DNA of 63,869 nucleotides, the filler included. It is 13 parts of 13 records of this genome, joined end to end, with 100 filler letters (N's around TTAATTAATTAA, not from the genome) between each part and the next. Parts side by side here need not be neighbours in the genome. Positions count along the whole stretch, not along the records: positions 18,160 to 22,072 come from SRR7504441_17235; positions 22,173 to 26,056 come from SRR7504441_17245; positions 26,157 to 29,872 come from SRR7504441_17261; positions 29,973 to 33,480 come from SRR7504441_17262; 9 more parts are not named here. One strand, 5' to 3'. Each line of letters opens with the position of its first letter. Position 1 is the first letter of the stretch. The notes under the pieces were generated by a model. It had not been told where the DNA came from. It did no database searches and was given only the letters and a program-made list of their open reading frames with translations. Shown here piece after piece: positions 21,917-33,580 of this stretch. The position numbers and the translations under genes are program-made.

Positions 21917-22446
21917 CTACCACCGTTGCGTAAACGTGTGGTCGCGTAATATGTAATTGCAAGCAATAATCTATTTTTCTTGGGAACAAGTATCTTGTAG
22001 TTTTGGCCTAGGTATTTTAGGCTTATCTCATTACAGCACAATACATGGTAATGGTAGCGATTTGGGTGGCTGNNNNNNNNNNNNNNNNNNNNNNNNNNNN
22101 NNNNNNNNNNNNNNNNTTAATTAATTAANNNNNNNNNNNNNNNNNNNNNNNNNNNNNNNNNNNNNNNNNNNNCTCAGTATTACAGTAGTATTAAACTATG
22201 GCGTATGTAGGATGAAGGAGGATAGAAGGAGGATATGCACTAAGTCTTGCGAGCAACACCACGCTAAGCCATCTCGTTTGACACACCGAGAACAGGAGCT
22301 GGCTCAAGGTTTGGTCTCGGGAGATGGCATCCCTGACTCGTTCCTGTCAGTAGTGGGCACCTCGCAAGGCCTCAGCACCACGCCGGCGTCAGCATTACGT
22401 CAGCACAGCAAAGAGATGTTATATGTGCCGTTAGGATGCCGGATTG

Positions 22447-25400
22447 ATGCCCCTCCGGTTGGGTTGCGTCCGGCAGCTGGTGTTCCCAGTGGACTGCCCG
22501 TCGGCGCACGACCCGTTCCTCTGGCGCCGGGCCTTCCGCCAGTTGGGCCGGGCCGGGCAGCTCCAATGGCTGATGGACAGCTGCCGGCTGGCTGGGCTGC
22601 GACCGCTGCTTGGGTCCGGGCTGAACATGACCGGCAGCTGGGTCCAGACCGCCGGCGGGGCCTGGATCCCGCTGGTGCTGCTGAGCCGGCCGGGCGGGGC
22701 CGACAGGCTGACGGTGGGTCTGCTGCCGGCGGGGTTGAGCTCCGGGCCAGGCGGTGTACTCGCACGGGAATGCGGAGGCGCTGGACAAGGCTCTCATAGA
22801 GCAGATGTCGCTGGTCGGGCTGCAGCTGGACGTTGACCTGCTGCTCTACGAGTACGCCGGCTACTCGTTCAGCCAGGACAGTCAATCCAACTACATCCAG
22901 TGCGCCGCTCCCGGTGCGGGCTTACTGGGGCCCAGTGGGCAGGCGAGTGAGCTCAGCTGCAACCAGAGTCTAGAGGCCGCGCTCGGTTGGATCCGGGCCC
23001 GCGGGCGCCAGCGGCTAGTGCTCTGGGGCCGCTCGCTCGGTACCGGGCCGGCCATCCATGCGGCGTGTGCTGAGCCTCCGGTGGCCGGGCTGCTGCTGTA
23101 CAGTCCGTTTGTGAGCGTGCTGAGGACAGTGATGACCGACAAGGCGCTGGGGTTGCTCCAGTCGATCAGCTGCGGCCGGCTGCGCGACATGTTTGACTCG
23201 ACCGGGCTGGGCGTGAAGGCCGGGCTGGTGCTGGTTGTGCATGGGACAGCCGATCGGGTGGTGCCATTCGAGAACGGACAGGCGCTTTGCCGGCAGATCG
23301 GGGCGGCCGGGGGGAAAGCGCGGCTGCTCCCGGTGATCGGGGCCAAGCACGACAACATGGAGCACCTGCTGGCCAAGCGACGCAAGCTCGGCTCGATCCG
23401 GAGGGCGCTGCACACAGCAGAGCTGCCAGAGCCTGCCCAGCCGCAACCAGCTCAGCTTGCGACTGGCCCGATGGTGACTGCAGGCCGGCTGGCCGGCTGG
23501 CTGGCGGTCTCGCCGCTGCTGGTCGCTCTGCTGCTCTTCTGCTCAGCCAGCGTCCTGTTCTGGCTCACGCTGCTGGTGCTGGGGCCGTATGGGCTGGCGC
23601 TTGTGCTCTCCAACCCGGGCGGGCCTGTGGCACGCTGCCTGCTGCTGCTCTTCCTCTGCGCGGCGCTGGTCCCGGCGGCGATGGCTGTCCTTGGACTGGC
23701 CAAGGCCGCCAGTTTGTTGCAGGCCCGGGCGCACCGCTCGCGCCACCGGATCGGTCAGCTTGAGGAGCTCGCTGCCCGGCTAGAGTGCCAACTGCCGGCC
23801 CCGCACCCCTCGCCCGACCCAGCCCTCTCGCTCTGGGCCCAGTGCGACCGGCTGCGGCACGCCGGCCCGATCCGGCGCGGCCCCGGCTGCCAGAAGGTCG
23901 AGCGCGAGCTGCGGGCTGCGAGGGCCAAGCTGAAACAGCTGGACGGAATGGACGAATGCAAGCTCGGGCGTCGGATCCGGTCGCTCAGCTGGGTGTGCTG
24001 GTGGGCCGTGTGGGTGGGGGTGAGCTACGCGGCCGGAGTGGTGCTGCTGCTGGTGCTCTGGAGCTATGTGGCCGGCCCGACGGAAGGACTTGCCAGGCAG
24101 GCCAAGCCGCTGGTGCAGGCAGGGCTGGTCAGCTGGTTGGTCTGTGCGCTGGTCTCGCTCCCGGGATGGGCCTGGCTCTGGGGGCGAGTCTCCAGCCCAA
24201 AGAGAGATGTGGCGCTCCCGTCCCAGTACGAAGCCAACCCGACCGCGTGGGCGGACGATGACGGGGTGTTCTATCACGCGAACGTGGCCAGCCGGGAGAC
24301 TGGGTACCGCGAGGAGTACTGGCAGGAGCTGAGGGTGCTCAGGGACGTGCTCAAGCCCAGGTTCGAGCAGTTCAAAGCCGAGCACGCCCCGAGCGCCGAG
24401 TTGAGCAACCGAACTGGCTGCACCGAATTTGTGCGCTCGCTTGACGAGAGTGGGATCCAGGCCGAAATAGCAGCGCAGTGGGAAGTAAGTCTAGAGCATG
24501 ATGGCAAGCCGGCCGGGCAGCCCAGCTGTCGGGTGGATCTGAGCTGGCTTGAGCATGTAGCCGGGCTGTATGCCGAGCCGGACAACACAATATGCTGGAA
24601 GCGCCTGTGGAGTGCAGTGCACGAGCGGTACCTACTCTCTGAGCTGTTCAGCGCCATCGATGCTGACGGCGACGGGTTGGTCTCGAGTGCAGACCTGGAT
24701 GGGCTGGCGGCAGGCACGGTAGGCCGGGCGCAGCTGGACCAATTCCGGACCCAGGCCGGGCTGCTGCTCCCACTGGGCCCGCTCGCGCCCAGTGGCCTGC
24801 CCCAGCCAGAGTTCACACACTGTGAGTCGCGCGGCCTGCCCTGACTGACGGCTGGCCAGGTCTGATGCAGATGAGGCATCGAGTGGATGAGTCGAGGCGA
24901 GCCTGGGAGCAGACTGTGCACCAGCTGGTTTTGCTGCTCTCGGACGCCGAGCTGGTTCTGGCTGGAATAGCTGAGTCTAGCGGCCCTGAGCTTACCCAGG
25001 CGCTCGTGCAGGACCCTATGGTACAGCACCGACTGATTCAGCTGCAGGCGGCTGGATACGCTAGCTGCGCCACTCTTGAGCTGCTCAGCCAGCCTTTTGA
25101 GTGGTTTGGGCTGCCGGCCACTCCCGCCATGGTGCAGCTGGCGCTCCAGTGCGAACTCGAGCTGCTGCATGTGCTCTCGATCCTGTCGGGGCAGCCGGAC
25201 TGCCGACCCGAGCAGCTGTACAAAGCGCTGCTGCTGCTGGAGCAGAGGCCGTGCACCTTTGCCCTGATGCCAACGGCTGCGAGCCAATCGGGTCAGCTGC
25301 GGCTCGAGCTGGACCAGCAGGGCGAGTGCCCCAGGCTGCGTCAGTTGCTCAAGCAAGCACACTCGGGGCCAGCAGCTGAGCATGCGCACCTGAAGGCTGG

Positions 25401-25509
25401 CCGGGTGCCGCAGATGGTGCGTTGCATAGAAAGCAAGGCACACCAAAGACCGGTGCCGGAGCCAGCCCAAGCAGATAATGTACGCCAGCTGCGCTGCTGC
25501 TGGGACTGA
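22447..25509 (+). CDS. ABHD17-like alpha/beta hydrolase fused to multi-TM region and EF-hand
   Basis: YSHGNAE, YEYAGY, WGRSLGTGP, VHGTADRVVP, GAKHDN; then 4-5 TM helices and IDADGDGLVSSADL; introns 22714-22750 and ~24822-24859. The 3' end may extend further. Confidence 0.75.
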
Positions 25510-26517
25510 GGTGTGCTCGTCTGTGGCAGGCGAAGTCCCTTGACCGGCGGGGTATGCTGCCGTCCCCGAGTGAGCTGCTCGTGTGCTATGTCTGGATCCC
25601 CACCCAAGAAGCGCCCAACACTGAGCCGCCCCCCACGGCGGCACCGGTCGAGCAGACCACTATCAGCATGCATTCATCGGTCGATTGATAGTATGCACGG
25701 GCATAATAAACTGTATGCAGCTACATTTATTCGAGTGGTTGAGTCTATGACGCCACATATGACCTACATATAACCCGGTTCGTGCTTAATAAACTATAAA
25801 CTAAACTATCGCACCGGTGTACCCATCGCAAAGGCCAGGCCATTTTTCCGCCGCAGCTACCTGTCAAAAGCCCCCAGGCTGGGGCAGCGCCGCATCCGCC
25901 CCAGTCCCAATCGCGGCCAGGTGCTGCGTACTGCGCTGGCCGGGTGGGGTGCATCCACAGCCGATTCGAGCCAGGCTCACTCACTGTGACCGTCACAACT
26001 CTGCCCCTGAAGGCCAGCCTCTGGTGTCAGATCGCCCCATCTCGGCACCTGCTGGCNNNNNNNNNNNNNNNNNNNNNNNNNNNNNNNNNNNNNNNNNNNN
26101 TTAATTAATTAANNNNNNNNNNNNNNNNNNNNNNNNNNNNNNNNNNNNNNNNNNNNGCGATTAAAGTGTCCTCTCGATTAAAAAAAAGAAGCTTGAGTTA
26201 AGCTAGGTTATATTAATGAGTTAGATATAAGATAGATTTGAAATAAATTTTTTTATACTGATTTAAAAAAAAAAAAATATCATTACAAGTAAATTCAAAT
26301 AAAGGCGAATCACTAGCGATCGTTGCATGCGGTATGCATCTGTACATCAGTGACTCCGTATGAATCGGAGAGCTTTGTGTTCTCGCCTTGCTCCAGTCTC
26401 TCTCTAGTCTACTCCACGAGGGATTGGTGCTCAGACATGCCTCTCGCCCGGACACCCTGCATAAAGGTTATCTCGACCACCACAATTGCGGCCTAACGCA
26501 CAGCAGTCTACTCATAG

Positions 26518-29500
26518 TCACAAAGCAAAGGCAGTTTCTCGCAAATTAAAGAACGTGCTTACCAACTCTGGGTCGCCATGATTTGATACGGCCTGCCCGA
26601 ACGAGGCATCGTCTCTATTTGCCATCTCGACTTCAGTATTCGGAAGTCTGCCAAACTCAACCCGGCTGTTCTTGCATCGCCGTTGGCACCAATATACTAT
26701 CAGAAGCACTGCATAGCATCCACATGTCAGCTTTACGACCGCTGGGCAAGCTTGCTACCGAGGAGCACACTCAGCACAGCACCGGCTAGCAACCCAAGCA
26801 AAGACGGGACCGACAATAGAACAGATGGCTCGGCTGAAGAAGCCTCTACGAATGGACTAGTGGTAGCTGTGAGCACAGCTAGTGGAGCTGTAATCGCTAT
26901 TCCCCGCTGTTCTGCACTATCCACCAGCTGGGCGGCGAATCCGTCCTCCGACCTTTTTGCTATTTGAGAACGAATCTGGTCAAAGCCCATCGCCGGCTCA
27001 GAGACAACTCCAAATTCCTGCACATCAGTGAGCAGCTGGTGCCCTGGCGCCACTTACCACGCTCACTCTTGAGGACCTCCGAGCAGGGTTGATGTGAATG
27101 ATGTACACTGCGTTGGTTTTAAGCCCACATATGCGGGCAAAGGCTTCAACGAGGGACGCTTTCATCTTGTCAGATTCGGCAAGCTCGAATGAAAGGCTTA
27201 CTTCTACCAGGAACGTGTGAAGGGTCTCCCTCAGTGCCGGAGTTGGACTACTACTTGTTTTCGCTGTTTGGCCTGGTGCAGAACTAGGCGGAGCTGTACC
27301 TGTTGGAATTGAAGGTGTAGGCAGGTTTGTGGGTGCTCCTGTAGGATCTACAGTCGGTTGAGATGTGGGCGTGACTGTGGGGTCTCTTGTTGGTGTCCTG
27401 GTGGGAGCCGTTGTTGGCGTCCTGGTGGGAGCTGCAGTCTGGTGTGTGGTCGGCTTCCTTGTGGGAGTGCCTGTCGGGCGAGCTGTTGGATGCTTGGTGG
27501 GAGTTGCTGATGGAGAAGAAGGTGATAATGTGGGTGTCTTAGTCGGTAGCATTCTAGAGGGTTCCAGCGGAGCTGGGAAAGTATTGCTTGTTGCCGAGGC
27601 CTCATGTTCAACTTCGACACAAGCCACTGAAGAACTCCAAGCAAGACTACCATGGACCTGCCAAGCCTTAACTTAGACGGCGGCCTGCCCAAATCCCTAT
27701 GCAAGACAGCTGAGCACATGATGGTCTCCCACACTCATCTGCCAGCCTGCATTGGTTCTCGCATTTGCCACGTGTGACTGTGGCCTGAATGCTGGATGCG
27801 CATCTGTCCTCGATTCAGCCCCACAGCCTGGGCCAGCACGCTACCACGATGCGTTTGACCCCAGTTTTGATCAACTGTGGCCATAGCAACGTAAAGATAC
27901 ACAGATGGTCTGGCTGGCATTGTCAAAGCTAACTCTGTCAACAAATATAAATCAGCTACGAGCTGGACACAGTCGAGCTACCAAATTGCCTTGGTGACGG
28001 ACTGTCAGAGAGCTTGTGCCTAAAAGACCTAATAAATACAGCGCATGGTTGAGCAATACCCGTTGCCACCACTAAGCACAGCAGAAGACTCCGCGCTTTC
28101 GGCGTCCAGATACGCCACTGCTGCTTCCGCTGTCCAAGGTGGTCAGAAAAGTGGTAAACATAATAGATACCGGTAGATGCGCGACATGAATCAATGTCGC
28201 CTTTCCAAGCTGTCCAGCGGAGCTTGGTCGAGTCTACATTGAGGGCACCACCCACGACCCACTGCACATTCACCTATCGCGGCCCAGTTGGTTTCTGGGC
28301 GCTCTGTATCGCGGATACCCGTGTTCCGGGTCGTATGCTGGCTGCCTGGCTGCCTGCATCTCGGTACTGGAAGTACACATATGGTTGCACCATTTCGCTG
28401 GTACCACCAGGCTTACATTCATGCCAAGGGCCGCTTACATGCCTAATCAGGGCGCAAAGGCGCATATTCCTCGGAATGTGCCCGTCGCCAGCCGCAGAAG
28501 TGCTGGTCCATCCATGGCTCATTCCTAAGGTCGCCTGCAAGGAGCTTGCCAGCAGTCCTGGCAGGCGAGGGCACCGATGGAGGTGTCTTAGCGTCCGCAG
28601 TCTCCACCAAAAAGTTAAAGGTTCGGAGCATCGCCGACGTGTACCGTGTTTTGTCAGCACTGACACATTTGATCAGCCCAGCAAGACAGCTGGCCAACCT
28701 GTAAGTACCGTGCTCAGGAAACGTCCTTGGAGTGCACGGTTGCGAAGCGGGACCATACCTGTACGTATACTAACCCAGCGGTTGACTGGGCACTACTTAC
28801 GATCCTGGAGTTGTATCCCATGATGCAGCGTATGCCCAGTCCTCCATGCCACCTGCTCGTGCTGGCCTGGCCTGCTTTCACTAAGGTCACCGTGCACAGG
28901 ATAAACCAAGTCGTTCAGCCGCTTGTGGGGGTAAGCCGACCCCCTAAAACTGTCCAATATCCGCTCAATCGCGTTAGCGCACAGGGCTACCTTCCAGCAT
29001 ACTGGCTCATTGCAGTCCCCAACAGTTGTTGCGCTGTCTCATCTGGACTGCAACCCCAGAGCCCTTGGCACGGCTTACAGGCTAGCAGGGGCGCCTGATC
29101 CTCTGCTTGTCTGGTATGTGTACGTTCCGGTTTCCAAGGTGGTTGAACGACCCCCATTCGTACGCAATTGCCTGCATCCCGCCGTGGAATGTTATGGCCA
29201 GCTGGAAAATATTCCGGCGCCACTGCCCACCCTCAGCCCCTGCAGCACCCAGCGTAGGAACCAGTTCGTTCAGCGCCCGGGCTGCGGTGGTTTGCATGCA
29301 CTGGCTCGGGTCCTGGTCGTACCTGGGCCACATTCAGCGGCACAGGCTGCTGCTCGCACCCAAAGTCTCGGTTCGGATCAATCCCGCGCTCAGCTCGCTG
29401 GTTCTGAAAATACCCCAACGCATTGGCCGACGGAACAATCCACACCTACTGCTGGCTGGCCGCGATCGGGCCTGCTCGAGTCACCTCGCGTCGATCCACC

Positions 29501-29872
29501 AGCTCGGCCAGCCATTGAGACCGGCTGGTGGCCGGGGCGCCGTAGTTGCCCACCAGCGCCCGAGCAAACTCGGTCACCTGCCCGCTGCATCCGCCCAGGG
29601 CCGCTCCCAGGGCGACTCACAGTGGTGGGGCCCACGCGTTCGTTGCCGTGCAGACAGCCGCTGAGCATCACCTGCGGCCTGCGGCCCTGGGCAGCCGGCA
29701 GCGACGGCTCGTGGGTGATCCGGGCGATCCACTGCTTGCATGGCCCGTCGCTCCCGCAAGATCCCGGCGAGGGCACCCCGAAGGCCTCCTGGGCGGTGTA
29801 GAGCTCGACCAGGTCCGGCCGGGCGGCCTCCAGCTGCTGCAGCGTGCGCACGATCGCCCCGTAGTCCAGGTA
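26518..29872 (-). CDS. Zinc carboxypeptidase (M14) with Thr/Pro-rich stalk and C-terminal TM anchor (5' truncated)
   Basis: HGNE, DPNRDF, ITFHGG...AYEWG motifs; PTxxPT repeats at ~27300-27550; terminal hydrophobic helix; many small introns including GC-AG 29048-29094. Continuity of the middle exons was not fully traced. Confidence 0.8.
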
Positions 29873-29972
29873 NNNNNNNNNNNNNNNNNNNNNNNNNNNN
29901 NNNNNNNNNNNNNNNNTTAATTAATTAANNNNNNNNNNNNNNNNNNNNNNNNNNNNNNNNNNNNNNNNNNNN

Positions 29973-31210
29973 GTCTCGAGCGTGGCGGCAAGCTGGCTGG
30001 TCGAGATCGCGAGCAGCAGAGGCTCCGGGGCGCGCAGCTTGGCCAGAACCTGCGGGGTGCTCCCGGGCGGCAGCGCGTTCAGTTGGGCCTCCAGCCGGGC
30101 CAATTGGAGCACAGGCTCAGCAAGCTCGGCCCCAGCCAGCTGCACAGAGAGCTGCACCCGACTCAACCAGCCCCAGCAGCCAGCAGGCACCGTCGGCTGG
30201 GCCAGCTCGAGCCTGATCTGGTCCCCGCAGCCGCAGTCGGACGAGCAGTCTACCGCCAGCCTCCCGATCCCGGCTGCAATCGTGGCGTGCTCACTCTGGA
30301 GCTCTAGCTCGACCTGCCCAAGCTCCGAGATGCAGCCGGGGGGCAGACCTTGCCCACGCGCAGCTCGATGCTCGGGAACCAACTGGGCACCTCCAGCCGA
30401 CCATCCGGCTTGGGTCGCTTGGCCGGGCTGGGCGGCGGGAGAGACTTTGTGATGGAGAGGATCAGCTCTGCAGGCAGTGCCAGCCGGCAGCCAGACCAGT
30501 CGAGCCCCACCCGGGAGAGCTGCATATGCTCGAGGGCGAGCTGGGCCGAGCAGCTGAGCGGCGCCAGGCAAGCTAGCTCGCGCCCTCCCGACACGAGAGA
30601 GATCGGTTCAGCCGACACAGAAAGCTCACCGGCAGACCACTCAGCCGAGAGCCGCGGGACCGCGAGCGAGGCCTCCAACCGGCCGGTCACCGCCAGCTTG
30701 GTGTCCAGGAGCACCACGGCCAGCCGGGGCAGCCGGCCGAGCAAGCTCAGCAACCAGCCCGGCGGCCCACCCGATTTCTGGGGCGGCTGCTTCTGCTCGA
30801 CAACCGGACCGGGCGGGGACGGGACTGGCGGGATCGAGGATACGGCCAGCCCGCTGATCCTGAGGCAGACAGCCGCCCGCGGGTGCTCAGGCGCCGGGTT
30901 TATCCTGCCCAGCGCTCGCCAAACCGGCGGCGGGCGGCACCATCGGAAGCGGAGCTCGAGGCAGGCCAACTCGGCGCACAGGTCCCCGGAGAGCTGCCCG
31001 CCCATAAGCCAGCCAGCCCGGCCGGCGCACCGGGATTGGAGCGTAGAGCGAAATTCGGCGAATGGACAGCGGCGGGAAGATCCGGCCGACCCGGAGCTTG
31101 AGCTTGCCGCCCGAGAGCGCCGAGACCGCGAGCCCGATCGCCGCGGCCACGAGGACCGGGAGCGCAGGGAGCACGACACATAGTACGAGCACCCAGCCCG
31201 CCCAGCCCAT
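29973..31210 (-). CDS. N-terminal-TM, beta-rich protein resembling FMP27/BLTP2 (Hobbit) lipid-transfer N-terminus (truncated)
   Basis: N-terminal TM then LRVGRIFPPLSIRRISL and long alternating beta strands; two small introns. Family guess from architecture only. Confidence 0.45.
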
Positions 31211-31462
31211 TGGGTGAGCAAGCCGGCGCCAGCGTCCGTTGGTTTTGGTGGTTGGTATATGGCTCTCCGGCGGACTCGCCCGTGCATATATATCAGATGG
31301 ATGGTTGACCAACTTCAATCACTTTCGCGGGAGGATATACAAGCCAAGAGAGAATATATTGGAGCTAGCTGCCAAATGTCCGGACTAAGAGCCATTCGGC
31401 TTGAACTAGCGGAATACTGGGCACTGGTATACTGATAGATTAACTTTGGCACGACGTCTTGA

Positions 31463-32547
31463 TTAGTTGGCTGGGAGGTGGCTCCAGTGGTCGGCGTCGT
31501 ACTGCTTGTGGTAGTCCTCCAGGATCTGCAGGTCGTCCAAGTAGCTCTGCTTGTGCCGCTCCAGCCGATGTCTGTTGAGCACGGTCTCCTCGTACTCTAG
31601 CGGCTGCCCGCGCGGCGTCTGGTGAGAGAACCCAAAGTAGTACTCGGACGGGTACTTGCTCGCGGTCATCCGGCGGTATTCGTTCTCCGACTCCTGGAGC
31701 AACTTCTTGCGCTCCATCAGGAACTGCTCGTGCTCGTTCTCAGCCTGCGATCCATTCAGCTCTAGCCGGGCATCAGCGCACCGCTGCCAGCTCGGCCTCG
31801 CGCTGGAGCAGCTCTTGCTGCCGGAGCTCGGCCTTGGCCACGATGTCCTCGCGCTTCTCCAGGTATCTGGCCCGACTCGCGCCTGCCAGCTGCGGGCGGG
31901 AGACCTCTTGTGCTCGTATTCTGCGTGCGAGGAGAGCTGGTCTTGGTAGTACTTGGCGTACGAGGTGTTGAACCCGAGCACCGGGTGCGGCACCCCCATC
32001 CCGCGCCACATCGGGCCGACCGCCTCCTCCATCTGGCTGACCGCCTCTGGCTCGTTGAGCAGGGCCTTGTCCAACGTCTCCTTGTCCACACCAGGGAAAA
32101 GATCCAGCTGCACCCGCTCTTAGCCAACGCTCCGGGACCCCACTCACCCAGCTCGCTCCCTCCGCAATCTCCTTGGGCGGCGGCGGCACCAGCCCGAATG
32201 GCGGCAGCCCGCCCTTGATCCGCGCGGCCGGCGGGATCGCGTGCGCCGAATGCCTGGCCAAACTTAGCTTGGGCGCGAGCGGGGCAGGCACCAGCTGGGG
32301 CCGACCCAGCCCGGTCCGAACACCGGGGGCGCCACCGGGGGCGCCACCGGGGCGGGCGGCTCGACGTACGGCTGGGCCGGGAGCGGGGCGGGCGGGGTAG
32401 CCACGTACGGCGCCCGAGTCTCGACCATCTCGCGCAGCTTGGCGTTGACCGCCTTGACCGCCTTGTTCTCGGCGTTGAGCAGCCTGGGCCCCGGTTGGTT
32501 TGCGGGCGGGTTGGACCGCACCGGTTCTTCTCGCTCATGGTGTCCAT
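31463..32547 (-). CDS. Spliced hypothetical Pro-rich/coiled-coil protein
   Basis: GC3-rich frames joined by several 37-40-nt GT-AG introns; no recognised domain. Confidence 0.6.
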
Positions 32548-33172
32548 GGCCGACTGAACCCGGTCGCTCTCGACTCGGGCCCGCTTGACCTCCTCCGAGA
32601 TAAACTTGGCCTTCTCGCTCGGCGTGCCCAGCGCAGTCCGGTACGACCTACCACCCCGCTAGCCACCCCGACCCCCAAGCCGGCCACCTCCGGGCGCCAG
32701 CCCAGCCAACAGCGGGGTCGCTTATCGAGGCCATCTTTCTCGCAACGGTGAATTGCCTTCGTCGGGAAGCTGCTTTGGTTGTTTTTATTCATCGATTCAT
32801 CGATTCATGTGCACTGACAGTGATGCAGACCGCCGAGACCGCGCGCCGTAGAGCGTTGCTATGCGGCTGCCACCGGGCGTTAGCCTAGTGCTGCCGCCCG
32901 GATTTAACGCGGCGCGAAACAAGCCAATGACTTATGTGCGCGATCTGTCGCGTCGACGTCGGCTCGTCGGCTCTCTCAGCGCATCGAAAAAGCACTAGGT
33001 CTCTTCATGTAACTAGAGGTGTACATGAACATACAAAGTTATGAAATACAGGAATGCCTATTAGCTCTTATTCTCTAGATCTACTACGATTCATCATGAA
33101 CTACTCGAATCAAGAATCAGGAGAAGTCATTGAATTCTGTGCGATCGATCACGCGCGAATAAACGGTGTGGC

Positions 33173-33480
33173 ATGGGGAACTCGAACTCCCCGACCCACA
33201 AGTCGCTGGAGGAGCATGGCAGCCCGACCTTGAAGCCGACGGTCCGGGGCAAGCAGCCAGTCGAGTATGGGCTGACGGTGCGCCCGCGGCCGGCGCTCGG
33301 CCGATCGGAAGGCGCAGGTGGTAACCGATCCGCGGAGCGGGGTGCCAGCGGGTGCCGGCGGCCGGCTGCCCCACAAGCTGATCTTCCGGTGGCTTGGCCC
33401 CATTGAGGGGGGCAAGCGAGGGGGCAGGCTGACACCGTCGCACTGTGAGTTCTGGAAGGTGCGCAAGAACGGGCTGCGGG
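33173..33480 (+). CDS. Hypothetical protein N-terminus, myristoylation-like MGNSNS (truncated)
   Basis: ATG 33173, one 40-nt GT-AG intron, runs into the spacer. Confidence 0.5.
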
Positions 33481-33580
33481 NNNNNNNNNNNNNNNNNNNN
33501 NNNNNNNNNNNNNNNNNNNNNNNNTTAATTAATTAANNNNNNNNNNNNNNNNNNNNNNNNNNNNNNNNNNNNNNNNNNNN

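Noticed and set aside
24274-25644. Long antisense ORFs (also 41995-43350, 48420-49586, 3768-4751 and others)
   Set aside because: Shadow frames of GC-rich coding sequence on the opposite strand, with no motifs.
27300-27550. 12-nt periodic repeats
   Set aside because: They encode an ordinary PTxxPT mucin-like stalk of the M14 peptidase.
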